64,000 nucleotides of DNA from Deferribacterales bacterium (GTDB lineage: Bacteria > Chrysiogenota > Deferribacteres > Deferribacterales > Geovibrionaceae), in the NCBI GenBank assembly GCA_050253075.1, contig JBFWJS010000001.1:480001-544000 (forward strand), given 5' to 3'. Positions 47,393 through 58,555 of this stretch are shown piece after piece. The notes under the pieces were generated by a model, which saw only the letters and a list, made by a program, of their open reading frames with translations, ran no database searches and was not told the DNA's origin. Every line of letters starts with the position of its first letter. The stretch's first letter is position 1. The position numbers were made by a program, and so were the translations under genes.

Positions 47393-49581
47393 AAAACAAG
47401 GGGCTGAAAGCCGACATAATATTCCTTACCGCTCTCTTCTTCACCATCTTTGCCACTTTGTCCATATACTCTCATTCAGAGTCGGACCCGGGGTGGACTC
47501 TGATCATCTTCACTAATTATGATCAGGAGGTAGCGAACCTCTTCGGAAAGACGGGTGCCTATTTCAGCGATGTCCTTGCGACATTTTTCGGCTGGACGGC
47601 TTATCTGCTTCCGCTCATATTCATATGGCTGACCATCAGACTTCACTTTCACCGCAGAAAATCAGAGATGAAGATGCGTAAGACCATCTTCCGCTTTGTG
47701 TTATACATACTCCTCTGCCTCGTGCTGGCTACTATGACAGGCTTCTTCGGAGGTCAGGACTTTATATTCACCAGCAAGCCGACAGGGGGGATAGCGGGGC
47801 TTTTCGCTGCGGATCTCTTCGCATCTGTCGTCGGTGTTGTCGGCGGGATAGTCATTTCATGCTTTCTGGCGACCTTGTTTCTGTTTCTCCTTTTTCCACG
47901 CTTTTTCATGAAGCTGGCGAGGGCAGAGCTGAACATGCCGAAGCTGAAAAAGGACAAACAGCCGGAAATGTATGACGAGGACGAATATCAGGGGGAGATA
48001 CCCGATATCCAGCCTGAGGAAGAGCCTGTAAATGTGCCGAACCTGCTCGAAGATGAAGACGAATACGAAGAACCCGTTTATGAACCACGCATAAAAGAAC
48101 CTGCTCCGAAAGAACCGCAGGTGAAAGAGCCGGAGTTCGAACCGCAGATAAAAGAAGCCGCAAAGGTGGAAAAAGGTAAGGGTAAATACACCGTACCGAT
48201 AAGACTGCTGGACGAGCCCGTAAACGATTTCAAGCGTGAATCCGACGCAGAGCTGAAGCTGAAAGGGGAAACCCTCGTTGCGAAGCTGGCGGACTTCGGA
48301 GTAAACGGAAAGATAAGAGAGATACAGCCGGGGCCTGTGGTCACACAGTTCGAGTTTGAACCTGCGCCCGGGGTAAAGATAAATAAGATAGCGAACCTCT
48401 CGGACGACCTCGCCCTTGCGATGTCTGCCGTCAGTGTGCGCATCATAGCACCGATACCGGGCAAATCTGTCGTGGGTATCGAGCTGCCTAACAAGCACAG
48501 GGGGATGGTATTCCTCTCCGAGCTGATGAAATCGAGAGAATTCACCGAGGCGAAATCCATGCTGACATTCGCAATGGGTAAGGATATCTCGGGCAGAGCA
48601 TACATAAGCGACCTCGCATCCATGCCCCACCTTTTGGTGGCGGGTACGACAGGCTCGGGTAAGTCCGTCGCCGTGAATACGCTGATATGCTCGATAGTTT
48701 ATAAAGCACCGCCTGAGCTCGTGAAGTTCATCATGGTAGACCCGAAGATGGTAGAGCTCAGTGTTTATGAAGATATACCACACCTCGCCGCACCTGTCGT
48801 AACAGAACCTCGAAAGGCTGCTATGGTTCTGAAAAACGTGGTGGAAGAGATGGAGAACAGATACTCCGTACTCGCCAGCATGAAGGTGCGTAACCTCGCC
48901 AGCTACAACCAGAAAGCAGCGGAAGACCCGGAGCTTCCCGTTATGCCTTATCTGGTGGTTATCGTGGACGAGTTCGCAGACCTTATGCTTGTAGCGGGTA
49001 AGGATGTGGAGCAGTCCATCATCCGTATAGCCCAGATGGCGAGAGCCGTGGGTATACACCTTGTCCTTGCCACACAGCGTCCGTCGGTGAATGTTATTAC
49101 GGGTATCATCAAGGCGAACATGCCCGCCAGACTTTCATTCAGAGTTTCATCTAAGGTGGACTCACGGACCATCATAGATACATCCGGCGCAGAGCTGCTC
49201 CTCGGTAAAGGGGACTCGCTCTTTATACCGCCAGGCATGAGCGACACAGTGCGTGTGCACGGATGTTTTGTCTCCGATGATGAGGTAGGGCGCATTGTCG
49301 AACACCTCAAGACCCTCGGCGAGCCTGAGTACAACATGGACCTTGTGAAAGAAGAGATGGCGGGCGAAGACGATGTGGACGAATCGGAACTGGATGAGAA
49401 ATATAACGAAGCACTCGAGCTGGTTAAGCAGAAGGGCTTTGCATCTATATCAATGATACAGCGTTACCTCCGCATAGGGTATAATAGAGCAGCGAGGATC
49501 GTTGAGATCATGGAGAAAAAAGGAATAGTGGCACCAAGTGACGGTACTTCTAAGCCCCGAGAATTATTGATAAAAGATTAA
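47383..49581 (+). CDS. ftsK: DNA translocase FtsK
   Basis: N-terminal TMs, HLLVAGTTGSGKS, DEFADLM, ATQRPS, gamma domain QRYLRIGYNRAARI. Confidence 0.97.
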   Translation: MDVENKGLKADIIFLTALFFTIFATLSIYSHSESDPGWTLIIFTNYDQEVANLFGKTGAYFSDVLATFFGWTAYLLPLIFIWLTIRLHFHRRKSEMKMRKTIFRFVLYILLCLVLATMTGFFGGQDFIFTSKPTGGIAGLFAADLFASVVGVVGGIVISCFLATLFLFLLFPRFFMKLARAELNMPKLKKDKQPEMYDEDEYQGEIPDIQPEEEPVNVPNLLEDEDEYEEPVYEPRIKEPAPKEPQVKEPEFEPQIKEAAKVEKGKGKYTVPIRLLDEPVNDFKRESDAELKLKGETLVAKLADFGVNGKIREIQPGPVVTQFEFEPAPGVKINKIANLSDDLALAMSAVSVRIIAPIPGKSVVGIELPNKHRGMVFLSELMKSREFTEAKSMLTFAMGKDISGRAYISDLASMPHLLVAGTTGSGKSVAVNTLICSIVYKAPPELVKFIMVDPKMVELSVYEDIPHLAAPVVTEPRKAAMVLKNVVEEMENRYSVLASMKVRNLASYNQKAAEDPELPVMPYLVVIVDEFADLMLVAGKDVEQSIIRIAQMARAVGIHLVLATQRPSVNVITGIIKANMPARLSFRVSSKVDSRTIIDTSGAELLLGKGDSLFIPPGMSDTVRVHGCFVSDDEVGRIVEHLKTLGEPEYNMDLVKEEMAGEDDVDESELDEKYNEALELVKQKGFASISMIQRYLRIGYNRAARIVEIMEKKGIVAPSDGTSKPRELLIKD

Positions 49582-49609
49582 GGTGCATGATGCACCGTAA
49601 AACTGTATT

Positions 49610-49811
49610 GTCATCATGAGGAAGCCTTTAGGCTGACGTAATGATCTCAGACGATATCTCATATTTAATATAGTCCGAGATTCTTACGCTGACCGTGTCA
49701 GCTCAGAATGACTAACAGTGATATTGTCATTGCGAGGAGTGTAATGACGAAGCAATCTTTGGATAAATACGAGAACAGAGACTGCCACAGCCCTTCGGGC
49801 TTCGCAGTGAC
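49610..49811. repeat. Two tandem REP-like doublets (49610-49712, 49726-49811)
   Basis: GTCATCATGAGG...GATCT/GAGATTCT...AGAATGAC and GTCATTGCGAGG...GCAATCT/AGACTGCC...TCGCAGTGAC. Confidence 0.8.
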
Positions 49812-49831
49812 ATTGTGGAAAGGTGAGCATT

Positions 49832-50815
49832 ATGGCAGATATCAGTGTTGACTATATGGGGCTTAAGCTGTCCAGCCCGGTTATCGCAGGCAGCAGCACC
49901 CTTACAAAAGATATGGACAGACTCAAAAAAGCAGAGGACGCAGGGGCGGGAGCCGTTGTGCTTAAATCGCTTTTCGAGGAAGAGATACGTCAGGACATGG
50001 GGGACGATCTGGACGGATCATACCACCCCGAGGCGTATGACTATATGCTCGCTGATGCTGCTATGGTTTATGGTTCGGGTGAATACCTCGACTATGTGAA
50101 GCGTGCCTCTGAAACAGTGGGCATACCTGTCATCGCCAGCATAAACTGCGAAGGGAGCAGATGGTGGGCGAGCTTTGCAGGGAGCATAGAGGAAGCAGGC
50201 GCAGACGCTCTGGAGCTGAACATCGCCTTCAACCCCTTCGACGCTGAGATAGACGGCGCAGCAGCCGAGCAGAAATACATAGACGTGCTCAAAGACGTGA
50301 AAAGAGCCGTCAGAATACCTGTCGGTGTAAAGATAGGGCCGAACTTCTCCGCTATTCCTAACATGGTGAAAAAGCTCGAAGACGCAGGCGCAGACAGCGT
50401 TACTATGTTTAATAAATATTTCCAGCTAAAGATAAATACCAGAACACTGGAGCTAGAGCCGGTGCATACATTCAGCGCACCCGAGGACGCATACAGAGTG
50501 CTCCGCTGGGTGGCTGTTACAAGCCGTCAGTGCGGTGTGGATATATCCGCATCCACAGGGGTGTATGACGAGGATATGCTCATCCAATACCTGCTGGCAG
50601 GTGCAAAGACAGTGCAGGTGACATCTGCGCTGTATAAGAACGGCATGAGTGTGATATCAGACCTGAACAGCGGTCTGGAAGCATGGATGAAGCAGAGGCA
50701 CGTCGATTCCTTAAACGATGTGATAGGTCTAGCCACCAGAAAGAAGATAAAGCAGGTTCAGTCTTTTGAACGTCTGCAGTATATCAAAATAGCAGACGGA
50801 GCGATATTCCAGTAA
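49832..50815 (+). CDS. Dihydroorotate dehydrogenase-like flavoprotein
   Basis: GAGAVVLKSLFEE, PVIASIN, GADALELNI, LAGAKTVQV; start after AGGTG. Confidence 0.85.
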   Translation: MADISVDYMGLKLSSPVIAGSSTLTKDMDRLKKAEDAGAGAVVLKSLFEEEIRQDMGDDLDGSYHPEAYDYMLADAAMVYGSGEYLDYVKRASETVGIPVIASINCEGSRWWASFAGSIEEAGADALELNIAFNPFDAEIDGAAAEQKYIDVLKDVKRAVRIPVGVKIGPNFSAIPNMVKKLEDAGADSVTMFNKYFQLKINTRTLELEPVHTFSAPEDAYRVLRWVAVTSRQCGVDISASTGVYDEDMLIQYLLAGAKTVQVTSALYKNGMSVISDLNSGLEAWMKQRHVDSLNDVIGLATRKKIKQVQSFERLQYIKIADGAIFQ

Positions 50816-50816
50816 C

Positions 50817-52796
50817 ATGCAGTACAGAAGAGATATAGACGGGCTGCGTGCCCTTGCGGTTTTGCCGGTACTTTTTTATCATGCGGGTATGTCCGCATTT
50901 TCGGGCGGGTACGTCGGCGTTGATATATTCTTCGTAATATCTGGATTCCTCATCACATCCGTCATCATCGAAGAGCTTAAGAATAATAAATTCACCATAA
51001 AGAACTTCTACGTGAGGCGGGTTAAGAGGATATTTCCTGCTCTGTTTCTTGTGCTTCTGGTCACGGCGGTGCTCTGCGTTTTCCTGCAGATGCCTTACGA
51101 CCTGAGGAAATTCGGGAAGAGCCTTTCGGCTGCGGTGCTGTTCGGCTCGAACATCTATTTCAAAGAACAGACGGGCTACTTCATGGATGCGGCAGAGTCT
51201 AAACCGCTTCTGCATACCTGGTCTCTTTCGGTAGAGGAACAGTTCTATATTTTCTATCCTATTATCCTGATAATAATAAGCAAATGGCTGGGCAAGCACT
51301 ACCGCAGATACATAGTGCTCCTTTTCCTTATATCTCTGACGGCTAGTATGCTGATGATAAACAGATACCCCGTAGATACGTTTTATCTGCTCCACCCGAG
51401 GGCTTGGGAACTGCTTTCAGGTGCTTTGATAGCACTCGGCCTTATGCCTGAGATAAGGCATAAACTGCTCGCCGAGGTGCTCGGCATTGTCGGCATTGTC
51501 ATGATAGCTTACAGCATAAATGCTTATGATCACGACACTGTTTTTCCTGCTTACGGCGCGCTTCTGCCGTGTGCAGGTGCATTTCTGCTGATATATACAG
51601 GCACGGCGCAGACTGTCGTGTCGAAGGTGCTTTCGGCAAGACCAATCGTTTATATCGGTCTGCTTTCTTACTCTTTATACCTTTGGCATTGGCCTCTCCT
51701 TTCGTTTTTTAACAGCTACAGACCGCTGATGGTGATAGACGACTCACAGGCTGCTTTGGTGCGCCTCAGCATTTTGCTTCTGTCGTTTGTGCTGTCGGTG
51801 CTGACATATAAATATATCGAGACCCCTTTCCGCAGGATGCGCCCCGAGAATACTAAGATATTCTTCCGCAAGACATTCGCCGTGATGGCCGTTGTATGCC
51901 TCCTTGGCGGGGTATTATACTGGGCGGACGGATTCCCCGGACGTATCCCTGAATCTGCCTATCGGATAGATAAGGGCGGAAAGGACGGCGACAATATGGG
52001 GAGCTGTAAAGACAGCGACATCAGTGCTTTCAAAGGTGTTGATTCGATTCATAGACTCGGCGTGGAAGGCGGCGAGGCAGAGTTCCTCCTTATGGGGGAT
52101 TCACATGCCGGTGCCATAGCCCCCGGGTTTGACAAATATGCCAGAGAGACAGGCAGGAGCGGACTGTTGATGTCCAGAGACGGACTCGTGCCTATACTTG
52201 GCTACGGACACCGCTTTAAAGACTGCTACAGCTATCTCATCGGCAGTACGATAGACATAGTGAATCAGAACCCCGCAGTGAAAAAGGTTATCCTTGCGGG
52301 CAGGTGGGTCACTCTCGTAGAAGGGAAGAAAGGCGCAACAACCTTCAGCATATATGATAAAGATCATAACTCTGTGGAGCAGAAAGACGCGGAGGACTTC
52401 TTCTATACTAATCTGAGAAAGACTGTGGAGTCGCTTCAGTCCCACGGTAAAGAGGTTTATATAGTTTACGGCGTGCCTGAGATAGACGTCAGCGTGCCTT
52501 ATATAATGTCTAAGGTGGAGTTCCTTAAGGTTTCCTTCGGCGTGGAGAATGTTGTGGATATGAGGCCGACGGTAGAGGGCTATAATGCACAGCAGAGTAA
52601 GGTTCATCAGGTGCTGGACAGACTTTCAGATGAGACAAGCGTTACACTGCTGCACCCGGAAGACGTTCTGAGGGACGGCGACAGGTATGAGCTGCTTTAC
52701 GACGGCTATTCCATATACAGAGACGACAACCACTTATCAAAGCACGGGGCAAAGTTTATTGTTCAGAGCCTCGGTCATCAGGTTTTTGGCGACTGA
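50817..52796 (+). CDS. OafA-like acyltransferase-3 + SGNH O-acetyltransferase
   Basis: YRRDIDGLRALAV, GVDIFFVISGFLI, HTWSLSVEEQFY, SYSLYLWHWP, GDSHA, DDNHLS. Confidence 0.92.
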   Translation: MQYRRDIDGLRALAVLPVLFYHAGMSAFSGGYVGVDIFFVISGFLITSVIIEELKNNKFTIKNFYVRRVKRIFPALFLVLLVTAVLCVFLQMPYDLRKFGKSLSAAVLFGSNIYFKEQTGYFMDAAESKPLLHTWSLSVEEQFYIFYPIILIIISKWLGKHYRRYIVLLFLISLTASMLMINRYPVDTFYLLHPRAWELLSGALIALGLMPEIRHKLLAEVLGIVGIVMIAYSINAYDHDTVFPAYGALLPCAGAFLLIYTGTAQTVVSKVLSARPIVYIGLLSYSLYLWHWPLLSFFNSYRPLMVIDDSQAALVRLSILLLSFVLSVLTYKYIETPFRRMRPENTKIFFRKTFAVMAVVCLLGGVLYWADGFPGRIPESAYRIDKGGKDGDNMGSCKDSDISAFKGVDSIHRLGVEGGEAEFLLMGDSHAGAIAPGFDKYARETGRSGLLMSRDGLVPILGYGHRFKDCYSYLIGSTIDIVNQNPAVKKVILAGRWVTLVEGKKGATTFSIYDKDHNSVEQKDAEDFFYTNLRKTVESLQSHGKEVYIVYGVPEIDVSVPYIMSKVEFLKVSFGVENVVDMRPTVEGYNAQQSKVHQVLDRLSDETSVTLLHPEDVLRDGDRYELLYDGYSIYRDDNHLSKHGAKFIVQSLGHQVFGD

Positions 52797-54060
52797 GATA
52801 CGACCTTTCGATGTCGTATATGAGCACTGATTCGTTGCCGAACCATGCTGTCATTATCCAGTCGAAGAATACGCCTATCTGCTTTTTAAACATGCCGACC
52901 TTATAAAGGTACAGCATCTTCCATATGTAATAGGCGAATCGTCCCCTCAGCTTAAAGCCGAAGAGGTTCACAACGGAGTTGTTCTTACCCAGTGAGACCA
53001 GATATCCGAAGTGGAAATAACTGAATTCCTTCTTAGGTTTTCCTTCGATATCTCGCATGATGTTCATCACTGCCATTATCCCCTGCTGCATTGCTAGAGG
53101 TGCCACAGGCGGAAGGATGTGTTCGTTATGCTGATATGCACAGCTGTCGCCTATGATGAATATATTATCCCTGCCGAAGTCCTTCGGAGTCAGGTCGTGG
53201 TTTATAAAGACACGCTTGTCGCCTGACTGTGTGCCCGCCACAGAGTGCAGGTGGTCCTGCCCCATTACGCCCGCAGTCCAGACCGTGATGGAGGACTGGA
53301 GGCATTTTTCCTCGCCGTTCTCCTCATAGGTTATGCTGCATTCGCCTATCTCTTTCACGTTTGCGTTGTTTATGATGTGTATCCCGCTTTTGGAGACGAC
53401 ATCCTGCGCCTTTACGGCCTGAGATTCGTCTATGGATGGGAGTATCGTTTTATAATATTCCAGTATGTTTACGGAGAATTCGTCTTTGGATATGGAGTTG
53501 TATTCTTTCTTTATTTTTTCGGTGATGAAGTCGTTCATCTCGCAGGCGAGCTCGACACCCGTGATGCCCCCGCCGATAACGCTGAAAGAGAGCAGGGCTC
53601 GCTTTGCATCGGATGATGTCATACTGCTTGCCTTTTCCAGATAATCGATGATGAGGTATTTTATGTCTATGGCGTCTGTGATGTTTTTAAACTCAAAGGC
53701 GTTCTTCATGGCGGATTCGTTGCCTCTGTAGTTTGTCTTTGAGCCTGTCGCCATGATGAGATAGTCGTATTCCAGCTCGGTGTTTTTACAGATAACTTTG
53801 TTGCTTTCGGGGTTGATGTCTTTCACCTCGTCCCGCACGAACCGTACACGGTTTTTTACGCATATTTCACGTAAGGGGAGGACGATGTTATCAGGTTTGA
53901 CATTACCGCTGACCACCTCGGGCAGCATAGGTGTGAAGAGGGAAAAGTTATGCTTATCAACGAGTGTGACCTCTACTTTGCCCTTTTTGATCTGTTTGCG
54001 AATGTGTGCGATGGCAGACAGACCGCCGAAACCACCGCCTAAGATGACGACTTTTTTCAT
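52756..54060 (-). CDS. ndh: Type II NADH dehydrogenase-like FAD oxidoreductase
   Basis: GGGFGG, FTPMLPEV, GGGITGVELA, WTAGV, IIGD, AMQQG. Confidence 0.85.
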   Translation of the reverse strand: MKKVVILGGGFGGLSAIAHIRKQIKKGKVEVTLVDKHNFSLFTPMLPEVVSGNVKPDNIVLPLREICVKNRVRFVRDEVKDINPESNKVICKNTELEYDYLIMATGSKTNYRGNESAMKNAFEFKNITDAIDIKYLIIDYLEKASSMTSSDAKRALLSFSVIGGGITGVELACEMNDFITEKIKKEYNSISKDEFSVNILEYYKTILPSIDESQAVKAQDVVSKSGIHIINNANVKEIGECSITYEENGEEKCLQSSITVWTAGVMGQDHLHSVAGTQSGDKRVFINHDLTPKDFGRDNIFIIGDSCAYQHNEHILPPVAPLAMQQGIMAVMNIMRDIEGKPKKEFSYFHFGYLVSLGKNNSVVNLFGFKLRGRFAYYIWKMLYLYKVGMFKKQIGVFFDWIMTAWFGNESVLIYDIERSYLSRQKPDDRGSEQ

Positions 54061-54118
54061 ATTGTTACAACTCCCTGATTGAAATTATACCAATACTCTC
54101 TTTTAATCAAGAGTGCAA

Positions 54119-54943
54119 TTATACAACTACAAAAAATGGGTTAAGCAGGTCTTCTTTGTTATACCTCAGCTTTTCCGCATCCAGAGTAGTGTTGAAGCGG
54201 ATGTTGTCTGTGGGGAATGTTTCGAATTTATAAACGCCTTTGCCCGCTGCCTCGGCGACGCCTTGTGCTGCTGCCGTGTCCCACTCCATTGTGGGGGCTA
54301 TGCGGGGATATATATCGGCTGAACCTTCTGCGACCATGCACAGTTTGAGCGAGCTCCCTTTGGAAACTCTCTCTATCTCACAGTCAGGATACTGCTCTGC
54401 TATCGCATTGATGAAGTCTGTTGTCTCTTCATTCAGGTGAGAGCGTGATGCGACAACACGGATGATCTTGCTCTCGGCGGGGTTGTTTACGGCTAGGGGC
54501 ATCTGCTCGATCTTTCCGTCTGCTCTGCGGTATGCACCGAAGCCCTTCATGCCGTAATAGAGGATGTCTAGTGCGGGGGCATACACAACGCCCATGACGG
54601 GCTCGCCTTTTTCGATAAGTGCTATATTAACAGTGAACTCGCCGTTCTTTTTTATAAATTCCTTTGTGCCGTCTATCGGATCGACCAGCCAGAAGCACTC
54701 CCAGCCTTTTCGCTCTGCGTATTCCGCTTTTTTGGTCTCTTCGGAGAGGATAGGGTATTGCGTGCTGAGCTTTTTCAGCCCTGCGGTGATGATGTCGTTC
54801 GAATGTTTATCCGCATCGGTGAGCGGGGATTTGTCGTCTTTGTATTCGATGGAGAAATCCTTCTCGTATATCTCCATTATCTCTTCGCCCGCACGGACGG
54901 CAATCTCTATCACTTCATTCAGCAGGTCTTCGTAGTATCTCAT
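54119..54943 (-). CDS. cysQ: 3'(2'),5'-bisphosphate nucleotidase
   Basis: KDDKSPLT.AD, WLVDPIDGTKEFI, SRSH, GSSLK, EWDTAA. Confidence 0.95.
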   Translation of the reverse strand: MRYYEDLLNEVIEIAVRAGEEIMEIYEKDFSIEYKDDKSPLTDADKHSNDIITAGLKKLSTQYPILSEETKKAEYAERKGWECFWLVDPIDGTKEFIKKNGEFTVNIALIEKGEPVMGVVYAPALDILYYGMKGFGAYRRADGKIEQMPLAVNNPAESKIIRVVASRSHLNEETTDFINAIAEQYPDCEIERVSKGSSLKLCMVAEGSADIYPRIAPTMEWDTAAAQGVAEAAGKGVYKFETFPTDNIRFNTTLDAEKLRYNKEDLLNPFFVVV

Positions 54944-54945
54944 TA

Positions 54946-55869
54946 TCAGAAGTCGAAGCCTATTGTCGCACCAGTAAAAAATGTCTCAGCATCGTAAAAG
55001 TCGATGTTGCTTCGTCTGACGGATGCTCCGCCGAGGATCGTGCCGTGTGTCTTCGGTGTGAAATTATGCCTGTACATGAGGAAAGCTGCTGCGCCTTTGT
55101 CTCTTCGTGTTTTGTCAAAGACAGCGTCTTCATCGTCGAACCCTTCTGCGTATACATTTATCACAGGCATTATAAATCCGCGGGATGTCGCCTGCATGTA
55201 TTTTGCGCCGAGTCCGATGGCGTTCGAGCTGAATGCATCGCCGAGCCTCTGCTCTCTTTTATATTCTATGAATGGGGTTATCTTGTTTCTGTTTCCGAGT
55301 GGCTGGTTATACTCGCCTTTTATGCTGTATGTTGCTCCGTCACGCCTCATGTCGGAGAACCGGTCGCCTATCTCGTCGTCTTTTATATTGTGGCTCATCA
55401 CCTTTGCTTCAAAGCCGAACTGAGTGCCGGAGATGTTCTCCATCTTCAGCCTGAGCCCTACAGACTCTCTTTTGGTGGTGTCTCTGCTGGATTCGTAGGG
55501 GTCTTTCCACTCTTCGCCGAAAATGTCGAATATCACGGAAAGGTCCGTTGTGGATCTGCCGTTTTCATATGTGATGCCCGCCATGAGCTGCGGCTCGGCC
55601 TGTTCCAGAGGCATTCCTGCGTGGAATATCTTGTCGCCCTTTTTATACTGCAGATTGAACAGGGCTATTATATGCCCCTGTGAGAAACTGTCGGGATTGT
55701 CCGATAGCGTGTCGATATCTTCGTTATTGTCGGATGTCATTGTAGCATCCGTGGAGCTTATGCCTAAAATACCTAAATCAAAGTATCCGCTGAAGCCATC
55801 TTTCTGTGCGGGTGCAGAGAAAGCCGTTGCCGCACAAAGCAGCAGAATAAATGTGGTCAATTTTTTCAA
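54946..55869 (-). CDS. Exported putative outer-membrane beta-barrel protein (DUF2860-like)
   Basis: Signal peptide, W.DPY, alternating beta pattern, C-terminal SNIDFYD...GFDF. Confidence 0.65.
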   Translation of the reverse strand: MKKLTTFILLLCAATAFSAPAQKDGFSGYFDLGILGISSTDATMTSDNNEDIDTLSDNPDSFSQGHIIALFNLQYKKGDKIFHAGMPLEQAEPQLMAGITYENGRSTTDLSVIFDIFGEEWKDPYESSRDTTKRESVGLRLKMENISGTQFGFEAKVMSHNIKDDEIGDRFSDMRRDGATYSIKGEYNQPLGNRNKITPFIEYKREQRLGDAFSSNAIGLGAKYMQATSRGFIMPVINVYAEGFDDEDAVFDKTRRDKGAAAFLMYRHNFTPKTHGTILGGASVRRSNIDFYDAETFFTGATIGFDF

Positions 55870-57167
55870 AACTCGTCCTCCAGGTCAAATTCCTTAAGTT
55901 TGTTATGCAGTGTCCTTCGTGATATCTGAAGAACTTCTGCGGCTTTGGTCTTATTTCCGCCGGTCTTTTTCAGAGCTTTGACTATGAGGTCTCTCTCATT
56001 ATCCCTGATGCTGAGTCCGCCGTCCTTCCCTCCGCCGAATGTCGGCAGGGTGGCAGGCTCGAGCTTTGTTCCGGTGGTAAGGATAATACTTCGCTCGACA
56101 ACATTTTCAAGCTCGCGAATATTTCCGGGGAAGCCGTATTCAGAAAGTTTCTTTATATACGAAGGGTCTGCGGACTTTATGAGTTTTCCGAGTTTTTCTG
56201 CGTGCTTTTCTATGAAGAATTTTACAAGGGGTGCTATCTCCTCTTTGCGCTCTCTCAGCGGAGGAACTTCCACGGGGAAAACAGCAAGGCGGAAATAGAG
56301 ATCCTCTCTGAAATCAGCAGATTCGGAAAGTTTCTTAAGATTACGGTTTGTGGCTGCTATTATGCGTACGTTTGTGCGGATGGTCTTTGTGTCGCCCACT
56401 CTTTCGAATGCGCCCTCCTGCAGGACTCTCAGCAGCTTCGCCTGTACATTCAGCGAAAGCTCGCCTATCTCGTCGAGGAAGAGCGTGCCTCCGTCTGCGG
56501 ATTCGAACAGCCCTTTCTTATCCTTTATGGCGGTGGTGAAAGCGCCCTTTACATGTCCGAAGAGTTCGCTCTCTATTATATTCTCTGACAGTGCCGCACA
56601 GTTTATCGCCAGATACGGTCTGTCCTTTCTTTTTGAATTGTCGTGTACGGAGCGTGCGACGAGTTCCTTACCCGTGCCCGATTCGCCCAGTATCAGAACA
56701 GTTGCGTCTGTGGGAGCCACCAGCTTCAGCTGTTCGATGACAGAGCCGAGCCCCTCTTTGGTGTATACTCCGCCGAAGGTGTATTCCTCTGCGGGTGCGT
56801 ACTGCTCCTGTATGTGCTCGCTTATCCTGCCCAGAGCATCCATCAGCTGAGGTATGTCCACTGGCTTTGTGAGGTAATCCACAGCGCCTAGTTTCATGGA
56901 TTCCACGGCTGTCTTCACCGTTGAAAATGCCGTGATGACTATCACGGGGGTGGACAGCCCCTGTCTGTTCATCATGCCGAGGAAAGTCAGCCCGTCCATT
57001 ACATCCATTTTCATATCCAGAAGGATAGCGTCAAAGTTTTCTTTGCCGAGGGCTTCCAGTGCTTTCATGCCGTTCTCTGCCTGTGCAGTCTGGTGACCCG
57101 CATCTTCCAGATGGAGCTTCAGCATCAGTCTGTGATTTTTTTCGTCGTCTACTATCAGTATTTTCAT
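55866..57167 (-). CDS. Sigma54-dependent response regulator (NtrC/ZraR-like)
   Basis: Receiver domain, [36 protein letters not shown], Fis-type HTH. Confidence 0.95.
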   Translation of the reverse strand: MKILIVDDEKNHRLMLKLHLEDAGHQTAQAENGMKALEALGKENFDAILLDMKMDVMDGLTFLGMMNRQGLSTPVIVITAFSTVKTAVESMKLGAVDYLTKPVDIPQLMDALGRISEHIQEQYAPAEEYTFGGVYTKEGLGSVIEQLKLVAPTDATVLILGESGTGKELVARSVHDNSKRKDRPYLAINCAALSENIIESELFGHVKGAFTTAIKDKKGLFESADGGTLFLDEIGELSLNVQAKLLRVLQEGAFERVGDTKTIRTNVRIIAATNRNLKKLSESADFREDLYFRLAVFPVEVPPLRERKEEIAPLVKFFIEKHAEKLGKLIKSADPSYIKKLSEYGFPGNIRELENVVERSIILTTGTKLEPATLPTFGGGKDGGLSIRDNERDLIVKALKKTGGNKTKAAEVLQISRRTLHNKLKEFDLEDEF

Positions 57168-58444
57168 TTATACGCTATCTCTACTCTGAATTTGTCTTCG
57201 GCGTTTATCCTGCATCGGAAACCGTGGAGCTGCACTATGCGCTTCACTATGGCGAGCCCGAGCCCCGTACCCACTGTCTTTGTGGTGTAGAACGGCTTGC
57301 CGAGGTCTTCTTTGGTGAAGTTTTTGTCGGCGATGATGTTCTCTATCACCAGCTCTTTGTCGGATATGCCGATGTCTATGATGCTCCCTTCGGGTGCGCC
57401 CTGTACAGCGTTTAGGAGCAGGTTGAAAACGACCTGACGCATCTTTTCGCTGTCGGCGTCTATCACGGCAGAGCCTTTTATATCTATTATTATATCCTTT
57501 TGCTGTGCATCTATCTGCAAAAGCTTCGCAGTGTTGCCCGCTATTTCAGACAGGTCAGCTTTGGAAATGTTCAGTGTCATGTCTTTGCCGTATGCGAGAT
57601 AGTCGTTTATTATCCTGTCCAGACGGGAGAGTTCCTCTACACAGCTTACGGAGATGTCTTTCAGGTCGCCTTCGGATTTCTTAGCGGAGAACTCCATTAG
57701 CCCCTTCACCGTGCTGAGCGGATTTTTCAGCTCGTGCGCCATCACACGGGACATCTTGCCCAGCTCCGCTTCACGTTCGGATGCTTCCAGCCTGCTCGTC
57801 TGCTCCGTGTGCAGTTTCAGGATGCGTGCGGTATAGACATATATGGCTATCAGCAGAGCTTCCATCACAAACATGAAGAACATGAAGGTCGCTTCCGCAT
57901 TTATAAGCCTCTGATGCCCCTTCATGTCGAGCATAACGCCCGCCGTGAGTACTCTGTCGTCTTCGGGGAGCGGGAGGCGTCTGTTTCGCCCCTGTCCCAT
58001 CATCATGCCTTCCATCATGGGTGCGCCGCCGCCTTTCAGTGTGTGATACATAAAGAGCCCTGCGTCTGTCTCGATAACTCCCATCGGGGATTTCTGCGGG
58101 TCTATTGCGGGGGCTGTTACCTCTCTGGTGTTGAAGAGAATGTTGCCGTCCTGATCGAAAAGGTAAAGGCTGAGCACGCCCGTCTCGGCTCCGATGGTTT
58201 CTATGAAAGACCTGAACCTCTGCGCCGTGGCAGGGTTAAGCAGCAGATGCGCCCTGCGCCCGCCTTCGAAAGATGAAAGGGCGGTCTGCCCCACCAGCAT
58301 CAGGCTCTTTTTGGAGCGTTCGATGGTCTGAACGCTGCTGAGCCCCTGTAATATTATAATGGCGAGGTTGAGCACCACTGCGATTATCAGTATCTGTTTA
58401 AGTCTGTGTGCGAATTTATTTTCCATATGATCATAATATATCAT
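57164..58444 (-). CDS. Sensor histidine kinase (ZraS-like); start may be 58426
   Basis: Two TMs, Met/Gly-rich periplasmic loop, [26 protein letters not shown]. Confidence 0.9.
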   Translation of the reverse strand: MIYYDHMENKFAHRLKQILIIAVVLNLAIIILQGLSSVQTIERSKKSLMLVGQTALSSFEGGRRAHLLLNPATAQRFRSFIETIGAETGVLSLYLFDQDGNILFNTREVTAPAIDPQKSPMGVIETDAGLFMYHTLKGGGAPMMEGMMMGQGRNRRLPLPEDDRVLTAGVMLDMKGHQRLINAEATFMFFMFVMEALLIAIYVYTARILKLHTEQTSRLEASEREAELGKMSRVMAHELKNPLSTVKGLMEFSAKKSEGDLKDISVSCVEELSRLDRIINDYLAYGKDMTLNISKADLSEIAGNTAKLLQIDAQQKDIIIDIKGSAVIDADSEKMRQVVFNLLLNAVQGAPEGSIIDIGISDKELVIENIIADKNFTKEDLGKPFYTTKTVGTGLGLAIVKRIVQLHGFRCRINAEDKFRVEIAYK

Positions 58445-58460
58445 TTGTTTGATGTTTACA

Positions 58461-58498
58461 TTGGCAATTTTTGCAAAGAATTGTGCATATTTTACACA
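58461..58498. promoter_or_regulatory. Tandem imperfect palindromes, candidate enhancer-binding-protein sites
   Basis: TTGGCAATTTTTGCAAA and TGTGCATATTTTACACA, 21 bp apart. Confidence 0.5.
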
Positions 58499-58508
58499 GT
58501 TTTAGTGG

Positions 58509-58539
58509 AAACGGAGCAGCCGTGGTGATGACTGCTCCG
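58509..58539 (-). terminator. Probable terminator after the nitroreductase gene
   Basis: CGGAGCAG...CTGCTCCG stem followed by a short T run on the minus strand. Confidence 0.6.
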
Positions 58540-58555
58540 CATGAGGTTATAGAAA

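Noticed and set aside
48040..48160. EP/KEP repeats in FtsK
   Set aside because: Ordinary low-complexity FtsK linker
47857..49059. 400-aa antisense ORF
   Set aside because: Lies entirely opposite ftsK with no recognisable motifs; a codon-bias shadow
58461..58477. TTGGCA...TTGCA as a sigma54 promoter
   Set aside because: GG-to-GC spacing is 8, not 10, and no gene follows on that strand
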